Shown here in pieces: positions 10,373 to 22,224 of a DNA stretch of 64,000 bases. The translations under genes were made by a program, and so were the position numbers. The notes under the pieces are model-generated. The model was not told where the DNA came from. It saw only the letters and a program-made list of their open reading frames with translations, and searched no databases. Origin of the DNA: Thelocarpon superellum (lineage: Eukaryota); assembly GCA_026025795.1 (NCBI GenBank), contig JAPEUG010000040.1:1-64000 (forward strand). Reading direction: 5' to 3'. Each line of letters begins with the position of its first letter. Positions within the stretch are counted from its first letter, which is position 1.

Positions 10373-11269
10373 ATGAAGAAGAAAAGGGGCGGAAAGCGGA
10401 GTAAGCCATCATCGATCTCACATGGACGGCCTCCAATCATCCGGAAGCCCACCACCACGCTCTCATCTAAAGCCACGCGCAGTCTAATACGCGGTCATCA
10501 TCAACTATGCAAACAACATGTCATCGCCACGGCGCAGGGCGACCTTGCGACGGCCGAGACGCTCCAAGCGCAGCTGGAGCAGCGAGGAGGCCTCCTCAAG
10601 TATCAGGAAGCCAGCATCAATGGACAATCGAGCGAGCGGGGCGGCGACTCTTCGAAAGTGCTCATGGACTGGCTGAAGCCCTTTGCCGACGGGTTGCGCC
10701 GGCTACCCGCGTCGACGACGACTGCGGCCGGGGCAAAGCTGCGGATGCTTGAGGTCGGCGCGTTGAGCCGCGACAATGTCTGCGCTCGCTCGGGTTGCTT
10801 CGACATGACTCGCATCGACCTGCATCCACAGGATGACAGCATCTTGCAGCAGGATTTTATGGCGCGACCTTTCCCCCGAACCGAGCTGGAGATGTTCGAT
10901 ATCATCTCGTTATCGCTCGTCCTGAACTACGTTCCCATCTCCGTGTCTCGTGGAGAGATGCTGCGGCGTCTGTCGGGATTCCTTCGACCCGTGGCGGATC
11001 GTGACGAGGAGTGGAGGGGGGTTTTCCCCTCGGTGTTCATGGTCCTACCTTCGCCATGCGTCACCAACTCGAGATACCTGAATGAGGCTCGACTCGAGGA
11101 GATCATGAGCTACCTCGGCTTCTCGCGAGCCAGGCGGAAGCTGTCCGCCAAACTTATCTACTACCTTTGGAGGCACGAGTCTGGGCCTGCATTAGGGGAG
11201 GTATCCTTTAAGAAGAAGGAGGTCCATCCGGGGAGGATTCGCAACAACTTTGCCATCGTGCTGAAGTGA
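10373..11269 (+). CDS. BMT2: 25S rRNA adenine-N1 methyltransferase
   Basis: GGLLKYQEASINGQSSERGGDSSKVL, LEVGALS, ILQQDFMARP, FDIISLSLVLNYVP, PCVTNSRY, RNNFAIVL. Confidence 0.93.
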   Translation: MKKKRGGKRSKPSSISHGRPPIIRKPTTTLSSKATRSLIRGHHQLCKQHVIATAQGDLATAETLQAQLEQRGGLLKYQEASINGQSSERGGDSSKVLMDWLKPFADGLRRLPASTTTAAGAKLRMLEVGALSRDNVCARSGCFDMTRIDLHPQDDSILQQDFMARPFPRTELEMFDIISLSLVLNYVPISVSRGEMLRRLSGFLRPVADRDEEWRGVFPSVFMVLPSPCVTNSRYLNEARLEEIMSYLGFSRARRKLSAKLIYYLWRHESGPALGEVSFKKKEVHPGRIRNNFAIVLK

Positions 11270-12144
11270 GCATCGAGCCTCTGCGGGACAAGATGAGGCA
11301 AAGCCCACCATGTATCCGCTTTGTAGGCGTTAGCTGCTCGTGTCATACATTGGCGTGCTTGACATCCAAATGTGAGCGTACGGGCGTTAGGAAGCATGAC
11401 ATGTCAATCATTTGTGCAAGGGCGAAGCGACCGCCCCTCCAGTATGTGTGAAAGGCCCCAGGTGATTTGGAGAACCCCCACGGACTAGGCGCGGCTCCGT
11501 TGTAAAGAGCTTCAATTTACGAATAGCCGATATCGGGGGGCCGATAGGAAGTTGGAGACGAAACGAAATAAGTTCGTTTCGGAGTCTCTACGTACCGGCG
11601 ACCTGACCCTCGACGCCACAGTTACACAATCATCCTTGTCTCGTGTCATAACCTGCCACAAGGTCCGGAATAATAGAATGATATCTGCGTGGTCCCCAAG
11701 GCGAGTACGAGACACTCGTACCGTGGACCCTCTAGTCGTATCATATGCATCTAATCAAGGAGTGGATCGATGAGGAAGGAGACAAAAGCAAAGATCGCGC
11801 AGCGGCACTATATGGAGTACGTGCTCTTGGGTCATTTTCGAGATGCTCGGTCTGAAGGAAGCCGGTTGAGCACGGAGCACAACCACCGACAAGACTCAGC
11901 TTCTCATCTTTCGTGCAACGTTTCGCTTCTTCTCCGGCTGACTCTCGGGCTTATCGACAGGAACACAGAGTCGCCGTAGGAGCTGCTCTGATTCATGTCC
12001 ATCAGCGAATGATATGCGCCGATGACCTTGCTGTATGACCTGACCATCTCGTTGGCCGAATATATCTACTCTCGTGCCCCGCCGCTGCCCATCGCTTGTC
12101 ATCGACGCAGCTGGCCTAACGCGAGGAGTATTCGATGAGGCATC

Positions 12145-13280
12145 ATGCCGAGTGCAGACACCGATTCCAAGATGATCATGCCTGCCAGGAGACCCTCGGT
12201 TGCGTATCTGGGACCTGAATCCTCCTATTCGCATCAAGTTGGTTCCCGTGATGTTGGCCCCTGAACCATGCACGGTCGACTGAGCATCACTCAACAACAG
12301 GCCACCCTCGAGTGCTTTGACCCAGACAAGTACACACTCAGACCGCAGGTCACCATCCAAGGTCTCGAGCGCCCCCGGCTGACGCTGCCCTCGTAATTTA
12401 CTGATGGACCAACCGTGGCGTGACAGACATCTTTCAAGCCGTGCAGTCGGAATCCGTGACGCAAGGCGTGGTACCGTTTGAGAACTCAACCAACGGTTCC
12501 GTGGTATATACGCTCGATCTCTTCGCGGATCGCGACGACGAATATCCTGACCTCTGCGTGACGGGGGAAGCGTATCTCAACGTCCACCATTTTCTTCTGG
12601 GGTACGACCTGGGTGAAGTGGCCCCGCCCTTCTCTCCACCTCCTAGCGATGCTGTCTCGTCCACGCCGTCCGTTGCGCCTCGGAGCCGATGTGTGCGGCC
12701 TGTGCAGCATGTGCAACGGGTGTACTCGCATCCACAGGCGTTTGGACAGTGCGAGCTGTTCCTCTCGACCTACCTCAAGGGCGTGGAAAGGCACGAGGTG
12801 TCGTCGACGTCCAGGGCAGCGGAACTCGTCTCGCAAGATGCCACCAAGGCCAGCGCCGCCATCTCGAGCGAGATAGCAGCGAAGATCCGAGGCCTGGATG
12901 TACTGGCCAAAGGTATCGAGGATCGGGCGGACAATACGACGCGATTTCTCGTGCTGAAGAAACGCAGCGGCACGACCAACGACGCGATCGAGAGCGTCAG
13001 GACACCACGACGCAAGACCCTGGTCTCGTTCACCATCGATCAATCCCCTCCGGGCGCGCTCGCGGACGCGCTCACGGTGTTCAGCAAGCACGGGCTGAAT
13101 CTGACGAGCATCAATTCGAGGCCCACGCGCCAAAAGCCGTGGAATTATGTCTTTTTCGTCGAGTTCCAGGAGGGCAGCACCTATACCCCTGGCACCATCC
13201 CAGCCGCCCTCGGTGACTTGCGGACCGTTGCCAAGGAGTGGCGATGGCTTGGCACCTGGGCTGATACGCTCAAGCGATAG
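12145..13280 (+). CDS. PHA2: Prephenate dehydratase
   Basis: VAYLGPESSYSHQ (intron 12238-12300) ATLECF... (intron 12362-12426) GVVPFENSTNGSV, VYSHPQAFGQC, DNTTRFLVL, and an ACT domain (NLTSINSRP, WNYVFFVE). Confidence 0.95.
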
Positions 13281-13672
13281 GAAACACGACGACAGGAGGA
13301 CATCAGGATGGGGAGTAAGGCTTGAACTTTGGACTTGGAAGATGTGGAAACCATCTCGAGCTATTTGGCATTAGCATTGGCATTGGCATCGGGCGTAAAT
13401 AGAAGATCGGATCTGTCAAAGTTAAAGATGGAGATACTATGGTGGGCCATTCATACCATCCACTTCATAAGCTGCCAGGCTGGGCGGATCTATCAGATTG
13501 TATCATACTAAGGTGACAGAGCCACAAGGACAACAACGACGAGGACGCGTAGAAGCAATATTGCCGCCGCCATGATCGCACAATACGCCGCCCAGCGGCA
13601 AACGACACATGAGAGAAGTGAGAGATCCTCCCCCCTCCCTTCACTCCCGCACAAAGAAAGGAGGGATAGTAT

Positions 13673-15915
13673 TCAGGCCGTGATCTCTAGACCGTCCTGC
13701 GGCAGGAAAGCCCAGATAGTACCGACGACAGCCATGAGGGAGCAGGTGACAATGAGGAAGTAATCCAGCACTCGCTCGCGCCAGCTGATATCGGACCCGA
13801 AGATCTTGAGGTAGAAGGCGAGCGGGAGGATGATGCAGATGGAGAAACACATGGCGGAGCCGAGCAGGGCCATGATGCGGTCGAAGTAGGGGAAGAGAAT
13901 CGCTATGACCACGAACATGATCGTCGTGAGCACCCGGATTGTGAATTTCAGTATCCCCCGCGTGTACCCCGTCATTCCTACCAGCGCTTGCGCGTTGGAT
14001 ACCGCCCGCGCGTCGAGGCCCGCGAAGAGCTCAATCGTGCTGATGATTGGTCGCGCGCTAGAGAGGATGTTAGTTGCGGGCGAGAGAAGGGGAGGGGAGG
14101 GGAAGGAGGAGAGGGACAAGTACTTCAGGGGGACTTTGGTCAGGGGAATGATGGCAATGAAAATCACCACGCCAATCGATAACCACTTCGGATACCCCTT
14201 CGTCACGAGCACATTTGACGTGATCTCCGTCTTTACGTCGTCGCCGAACATGAGCCAGCCTACGATGGCCATACTCACGTCCAGCAGAAACTGTCGCCGA
14301 GATTGAGTGTGTGTAATGCTGATGCGAAGGCTGGGATCCTCACCGTGAAGCTATACGTGATCGCCAGACTGCGATTATACTTGTGAGGGTGTCGCATGTC
14401 TCGATAGATGTTGGGAAACACGCTATGTCCGCCCCACGGAGCTGCACGGTCCAATCAGCCTCCATCATCTCCCAACGAGTTGCGGCCCTTACACATCAAC
14501 AACCCAAAGCTCAGGGGCAGCTTCGACCATTGGGCGGGAAGCAGATATGTTGCCGCGGGCTCCCGCAGCGAACCAGGCGCCTCAGGCTTGATCAGGCCGT
14601 CCATGAACAGAATGGCCACGACTATGATCCGGATCAGCACCATTCACCTAGTCGTCCCTGGGGTCCACCCACTGCCAAAGCAACAGATGATGCCGAGCAC
14701 GCTGGAGATACTCAGGACCCGCAAGGGAAGGAATCCCAAGGGAACCAAGAGAACCCCACAGACCACCTTCCAGGATGTCAATCCCCACCCAGGGATCAGG
14801 GCGTCGAGACTATCGGCAAATAGGACGACGAGCGCGACGCAGGCCGCAATGAGCTCGATGCTGAACAAGACGCTGGTCACGATCCTTGCCCGGGCGCCGA
14901 AAGAGACGTAGGCAATGTCGGCGAAGGTGATGAGCGAGGGATCGACATCCAGACACTTGGCCAGGATTCCAGCCGTGTATTGGGTGGCCACGGCAGAAAA
15001 CAAGAGGAAGGTGGTCGCGATAAGCCATCCGGCGTACTGGAAGCCCAAGGGCAAGCTGAGCAAGCCCACGCCGATCAACGTGTTGACCGAATTAAAGATG
15101 GTTTGCGGCAGCGTCGACTGACCAACCACCACATTGACGACCTTGCCGTCGTTCAGCTCCACCCGCTTGACGAGCAACGGTTCGCGGTCTTGATCCGGCT
15201 GCTGCGCGCCTGTTGCCTGCTGCTCCTCATAGAGACGCGCCGCCTCGCGCAAGGAGGAATCGTTGATGCGCGATGCGATGGTCCCGTACGTGGTACCATA
15301 GCTCGATCCGTACTCCGACGCAAGATGCGGCGTCACGCGAAGGAGGTTGGCCGTTTCCGGATTGCGGCGATGCGGGGATCCTCCCTCGGAGGCGCTGTCG
15401 TCCGATCGGCTATCGAAGACGCTCCCATGCTCTTCGTCCGCCCCACGAAAGGCTCGACGGGGCGAGTGATCGCTCTCGTCGGAGATGTGAAAGGACTGAT
15501 GTCGCGGGGTGATGTTGACGAAGCCCGCCGCCCGCTGCCACGATCGGGCGAAATTGTCGATGCTGTTGACCCCGCCGGCGTGGCGAATGGAATCGAGCCG
15601 GACCGAGATTGAGGACCTTTGTCGGGCACCATGAGCCATTTCGTTCGCATGCACGAGGATGAGGGCTCCGCCCAGGGTCCCAGGGTCTCAGGGTCCCAAG
15701 GTCTCGCGCACATACCGCCGTTGCCGCAAGCCGTCGATCCCTGGACTCTGACCATCGCGCCTCGACGGAATATCCACCGGTGTCAAGGAGACATGGGAGT
15801 CGGCTCGTGCGAAGGAAATACGACTCGACGGCGAGCCCCCCGGACTCTCCGAGCGGGAGGCGCCGTGTGCATAGTCGTCCCAGTTCTGGGGGTTCTTGAC
15901 ATCTCGGGGCGCCAT
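13673..15915 (-). CDS. Vacuolar amino acid transporter (AAAP family, Avt1-like)
   Basis: GGVNSIDNFARSWQRAAGF, GQSTLPQTIFNSVNTLIGVGLLSLP, PWGGHSVFPNIYRDMRHP, FDRIMALLGS; 5 introns. Confidence 0.92.
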
Positions 15916-16572
15916 GGGCGGTGCACACGTCGCCCTGGGCCTCCTGGCGCGTGGCGATGCAGGAGACGATGCAGGCAAGCTGCAGGCACACCAACGAGAG
16001 CGACAGCTGCACCGAGGCGGACGTCACTTTGTGACTGCATGTCGATCAGGAAAGGGTGAAGGGCATTGTCAGTGGCAGCTGAGACGCGGCCGTGTGGTGC
16101 CGTCCCTTCTCGAACCTAGATAAGCGGATCTTTGCGAGAGCTTTTCGGTACAGCTGGACCGCCCCCGGCCTCGGAGGGTGGAGGGGTGATCAGGTAGGCG
16201 AGGGTGGGGGGAAGTGAGGGAGGGGGCGGGGCGTCTACGTGCTTGTGCATAGCTGTAGTCGACCCACTACGAGTACTATGGGGGACTTCCGGGTCATGTG
16301 AACGGGACGGCAAACGAAACCTTACAGTTGTAGGAATCAGAGCTGAATTGCTAATCTACGCGTAGTCGGGATAGTGATAGGAGTGGGCACGTGACCAGAT
16401 CACGTGCGCGCTCTTACACAGTTATGATTAGCGGCAAATCTCCGCGGTCCACTGGCGCTTCACTCCGGCGGGAGGACCAATGGAGCCCGGGAGCTTGTCA
16501 GAGGGATCAAATGGTCCCACGGACTGAATTGAGCCCCGCATCTACTACGGAAAGTATCGCCTTCATCACCCA

Positions 16573-18644
16573 TCACTGCCAAGGTACAATTGTGTCATGC
16601 TCCCGGAGACTGACACGCATCCGACGGTTCTCTCCATGTGTTTGGACAGACGCTTGAAGTGGCTCAAGGATGTGAGTCAAAGATCTGTTGGTCCCGCCGG
16701 GGCCAGGCTCATAGTCGTCGACGCGGGCTATGCATTATCATACTTCCCAAAGACTGCAGAATATTGCTGCTTGACCTCGGCTTGGAGTTGAATGCTTGGC
16801 GAAGTGCCGTTGGGGCCGGTGGGGACATTGCTCGCGTTGGTGAACCACAACATCCGATGCAGATCAGTTGACGCCGGCCAGACGTATCGTCCTTGGTCAT
16901 CGCGGCCTTGATAGTCGACCCGTTGGAGTGACTTCCATACTACATTGATTGGGTGCGTAGAATTGGCGTCGAAGACAAATGGAATCAAAAGATCCGCTAC
17001 CTCAACGTCGGAATGTTGGGCGAGGGCGGCCTTTGCCCAGAGAGGCATCACCTGCCGCAGTTCGGTTGGACGAGGATCGGCTGGGATGACAGATGAGTGG
17101 AGATGCCAGAGGGTGAAGGCAGAGATAATCGGGTAGAAGTGGAGGGAGGAAGAAAGAATTCACTTGCCATGCGGAGCCCGCAGCAGCGCAAAAGCTCGCA
17201 CCTTGGTCTTCCACCGGTTCACCTCCGTCTCCTTTACCACGCCTCGTGCCAGTTGTTCGGACAACGTAAAGGCGTCAGCCTGCAGACCCGTGAACCTCGC
17301 CAGCAGACGCTCGGAATACTCCGGTCCTCGCCATAGCCGACTCCTGCGGAGGACCGCCCGAATAATTTGGGCATGTCGCGCCACTTTCACCGCATTCCAC
17401 TGCCTCGTCAAGTCTATCACCCTCGAGAACAGGGCGGCGGGCAAGGCGCGTCTCATTAGCTCAAAAACTTCGGGTAGTCGTTCGGCCGTGAAATGCCGCT
17501 TTTCCCCGTCTGGGTCGTCCGCTACAAGACTGGGCCGGTCAAGGAGGAGAAATTGTCGCGGCATGTCGACTAAGGACGCCTCCAAGAGGCGGACGTGGTG
17601 GTCCACGTCGAAGGCTGAGCTAGCCGTGCGGTTGAGGATATATGTTGCTACCACATATCAGTATCATGGCAAGCTGATCAGCTGCTGACGGGGAGACTGG
17701 GGGGGCGTCAACCGACCAAAGAACTGTCCCATATCGGCAAAGTTGGCCCCTAGCCCAGCGTTCGTGGCGTTGGCTTGGTACATGACCACTGTGGACTTGG
17801 CGAAGACGGCCAAGTCTCTTCGGAAGTCCCTTAGCAAGCTTGGACTGGTCGCCTTCCCCTTACCCTTCGAATCTGCGTCTTCCATGTCCTCCAGGAAAGC
17901 TTGTGCGATCCAATCTCGATAATGAATGTAGTCCCTTGTGGCAGCGAAATCCCAATTTACCCCGCCGTCATGAATCACATTGGCGTAGCTCAGGGCAAAT
18001 TCGAACATCGGTCGCATCGCGACGAGTGTGGGCGGCCCGGGGTCGTGAAGGTTCTTTAGAAGCTCCATGGTCCCTGGATAGTTGTCGATGAGCGAGCCGA
18101 ACGGGTCCTGGCGGATCGGGGCGAAATCCGGCACGAAGGCGAAGGAGAGGTTGTCGTATCCCGGATTCTCGTAGTCAAGCGCAGGAGGCCCCGGCAGCAC
18201 CGTCTTGCCGATACTGAAGATGTGTTCTTTCGGGACGATCTCGATTGTGCGGAGATCCGTTAAATAGGCCTGGAGCATAAGGTGGGACGACATGGAACTT
18301 GCTCCGCCGCCGCCAATGATGCCCTTGATCGGATACTCCCAAAGAGGGCACTTGAGGCTATTTGCCCGTTCGAACAAGGCATAAATGGCCAATAGATCAT
18401 CGGGGTAGCAGTCCGTGAAGATGACCATATTCATGCCGCAGGAGATGGACCATTCCTCGCCCATCTTCGCTCCGTATTGATCTTGTTCCAACGCGTCCGC
18501 TGCACTCGAACTGGCGCCGGAACTGGCGCTGGAGGCCTCGGGCCGCGGTCGCTCTCCGGGGAGCAGGAATTGGACCAAGAACCATACGTGGTAGATCAGG
18601 CTAAGGGTCGAGACGCCACTGCTGGAGGCCACGTCGTCGGCCAT
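16573..18644 (-). CDS. Hypothetical protein, distant nucleoside-hydrolase-like
   Basis: ORF segments 17664-18656, 17160-17654 and 16728-17051 join in frame via an intron at about 17649-17716 and a GC-AG intron at 17081-17167. N-terminal IFTDCYPDDLLAI motif. 5' and 3' ends uncertain. Confidence 0.6.
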
Positions 18645-20561
18645 GGGCCTGGGCACGGTCGCGAAGGCCGGCTGGTGTGCGACGGCCGGTGGACGGGCGA
18701 GCCAGGGTCAAGGACGACGATGCTGCAGTCACCATGCCTCTCGTCGAGCGCTCCCGTCCATGGTCAGAGCCTGGTGGGCGACGAGGGACGACGCGACCCA
18801 CGGTGGATGAAGAGGCCTTCGATATCCGAGGACGAGGTCCGTGACGCTCCATCTCGTGCTCTTAAGACTGTTCGGCCGACAAACTTTACCTCTGGAAGAA
18901 CACCGATCAATGGTGCCGTGGTTCATCTGTTGCCGAGCTATTTTCTCATGAGCCAGATTGATCCATCATGCAACGTGCGGCGATAGCGGTCGCTTCTATT
19001 CGCGAGGCGAACGGCTACAAGTACGTTAGGCAAGGTGCAGGATTGGCGTGTCTCTCCGGCGCAGTAAGGTTTGGGGGGGAACAATCTAGGAAAATCGAAT
19101 AATCCGCGAATTTGCTTCGCTGGAAGCGAGAATCGCTCGAACGAAATCCGGTAGGCAACGCAGGGACGGGAAACGGGCAGAGCAGTATTTAAGTTGGTGC
19201 TTTGTACATTCGTACTTATCGGGGCCCACCAGCTAGAGCATGAATGGTTATCTGTTGTCGACCTATCTGTTGCCCTTTGCAATCTAGCACGCGCACCCAG
19301 TCGCCTTGAGCTTGCGCGACAGCGAGAACGCCGGGGCGCACGTGGGTGGCGTCGGGAGGCAATGCGCGCTCCCGCAGCTGCGAGTCGGAGGGAGCCCAAC
19401 TCAATTGTTGGTGGCCTCGCCTTAGTTCCTGGGGTCATCGCTCGCAAGTGCGGCGAAGGGTACCGGAGCGCTGGGCGCCAGGAATCCGGGGTGTAGACCT
19501 GCCCGGTTAAATAACACGGTTAGTAGAACAGGAGGGGATAAGTTACGATGATACTCACATTGGCTGGCGTGGCTCTGCCACATGCAACTGGCACAAGCCC
19601 CACCAGCAACATCGAAAATGCCCAGCGTCCGGGCGCAGCGATGGTCGCACAGGCGGGGATGGTGATGGTGCGGCCGGTAATGAGCGCGGCTGCGGAAGCT
19701 TGGGCGGGCGGGGCCCGAGAAAAGTTGTCGTTATTCTTGGTGGCAGTGGGTGTGGCAACATAGTGGCAGTGGTAGTGGTGGTAGACGGTGAAGCGGGACT
19801 GTGTGACTTGCTCTAAGCTACCTCCAGACGGGATGGCAAAAAGGGATGTCAATGTGCAGCTTTTCAAGCATTAATCATGACAGGCTATGGATTCTTGGTT
19901 TCTACCACAATTTTGTGAGGCTGTCGTTCGAAGATGCTCACCCGCCTTCTCAGCGTTGGAGCTCATGGGTCAAGCTCGGAAAGAACCACCTCACAAAACA
20001 TTCACTGGATTGGTGGCATCACCGGCCACGAACACTACATCCTTGACGCGTTTTTAGCATCTCCTTGGATATTCTGGTGGAAGTGTCTTTAACGTACAAA
20101 GTACGTCAAAGACAGGTGCTTGGGCGTACCCTACGAAGTTCTCCGGGCGCGTCATGCAATTCCCGGACTTAACAAGCGCCCCGGACTTATAAGTAGCGTA
20201 CGAGTACCTACAGAACGAGTAAACCTACCTGAATGCCTGCTCAGGCGGACCATGGCAATACTCTACTACTCGTACTCGCAGTATACCTGTCTCTCTGCGC
20301 CTGAGCCGGCATGTCGCCACAGACAAAAAATGCGGAGTTAGCACGCCATAACGGACTTACACACATGGTACGAAGTGTTTCGTACGGTCGAGCAACGCTG
20401 CTGTTGCTGTGGCCAATCTACCCTACCGGTTGAAATACGCAGTATAAATTGATCACACCACCGCTGCTAAAGAGCATCACGTCCATTCTTTAGACGTACA
20501 GGGCCCCTCTAACTCCATAAAGTACCGTTGCACCCCGCAGCCCAGCGCTGCAGCCATCATC

Positions 20562-21641
20562 ATGCCATCGCCCCTCGGCTTCCTATACAGCCAAACATTC
20601 GTCACCCTCCCTTATCCCGAGCAGGACTTCACGGACCAAAGTGTCATCGTCACCGGCTCCAATGTCGGTCTCGGCCTTGAGGCAGCCCGTCACTTTACGC
20701 GGCTCAATGCCTCCAAAGTCATCCTTGCCGTCCGCAGCCTCGCGAAGGGTGAAGAAGCCAAGAGCTCCATTGAAGCATCTACCAGGCGCGAAGGCGTTTT
20801 GGAAGTCTGGCAGCTCGACCTCGGCAGCTATGAATCTGTAAGACAGTTCGTGCAGCGTGCGCAGGGATTGCCGAGACTGGACGTCGTAGTGGAGAATGCA
20901 GGAGTTGCGTCATTTGGCTTTGCAATGGTGGAGGACAACGAGAGGATGATCACGGTGAACGTCATCAGTACCTTTTTGCTGGCGTTGATGATTCTTCCGA
21001 AGCTGAGAGAGACGGCGAGGAAGTTCAAGGTAGAGCCGCATCTTGTCATTGTCACGTCGGAGGTCCACGTGAGGGCAAAATTCGCCGAGAGGACGAGCGA
21101 GGGCTTTCTGCAGGTGTTGGGCGACAAGGACAAGGCGAATATGGCGGAGAGGTAAGTTGCCTCGAGTCGATCTCTTCTCAAAGACAGGCGAATGCAGCTC
21201 CTGACGTATTCCAGATACCCCCTCTCGAAGCTGCTGGAAGTCTTCTACGTCCGCGAACTTGCTGCCCGCACGAAGACCAGCGGTAAAGGCAACGTCATCA
21301 TCAACTGCGTGAACCCTGGTCTTTGCCATTCGTCACTGTCGCGTGAGGCACCATTCATGCTGGAGGTTATGAAATTCTTTCTCGCCCGCTCGACAGAGCA
21401 TGGGAGTCGAAGTTTGGTGTATGCTGCAGCGGCGCAAGAGCAGACCCACGGAGCGTATCTGAGTGATTGCCACATTGCTGAGTGAGGATCCCCGCTACTC
21501 GTGCATGATGAGAAAGGTGCTGACGTGACAAACAGTCCAGCACCATTGGTGTTGAGTGAACCTCAGACTCAGCAGCGGGTATGGGATGAGGTGTCGAGGA
21601 AATTGGAGAGCATACAGCCAGGCATCATGGCGAACGCCTAG
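20562..21641 (+). CDS. Short-chain dehydrogenase/reductase (retinol dehydrogenase-like)
   Basis: VIVTGSNVGLG, LDVVVENAG, RYPLSKLL (YxxxK), NCVNPGLCHS; 2 introns. Confidence 0.93.
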
Positions 21642-22224
21642 CTGCGCGGTTTTGGCTATTTCGTGAGCTCGTTGTGCACGCTCTATGTATGTTGAACCTA
21701 CCGGTAGATAGGGCTTAAATCAGTGTAATTGTGGGAATCTTAGGGGCCTTCTGCTGGGTGAAGGAGCAGGGACTGGCACAATTGATGGAACTACCATGGC
21801 GCAGGATTGACGCCTGGATGCTTGATGGATCCGGGGTGGTCAGAAGCTACCGCAAGCTCAAGTTCTCACCACTGCCATCTGGTATCAATTTGGAGGCGTG
21901 GGGATTGCACGATCGTGGTGGAAGGCGAGGTGTATTTCAATGCTTCTCATCGCCTCTCACGCATCATCTGTGAGACGATGGATAACAGTCAACAGCAGTA
22001 GAAAGACTGCGGAAGGGCCTGACAGGTCTAAGGGCGGCACAGCTCGAAGTGCTAGAACGAGCGCACGTGACGCTGGTTGCCTATTAGACGCGTGAGCTGG
22101 TCAATTAGCCTCCGCGCCCAACAACACGCGTGCGGCCAATGTCGACCAAGCTGTTGTCTGTTGGCCTGACGCTCATCCACCTCGTCACGTCGAGGGCGAA
22201 GTCGAGGGATACAAGATTTGCAAC

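Noticed and set aside
18938..19867. Possible small spliced gene or upstream exons on the minus strand
   Set aside because: GTGAGT..TTAAC..CAG signals exist, but the product has no recognisable features and could not be joined to the downstream gene.
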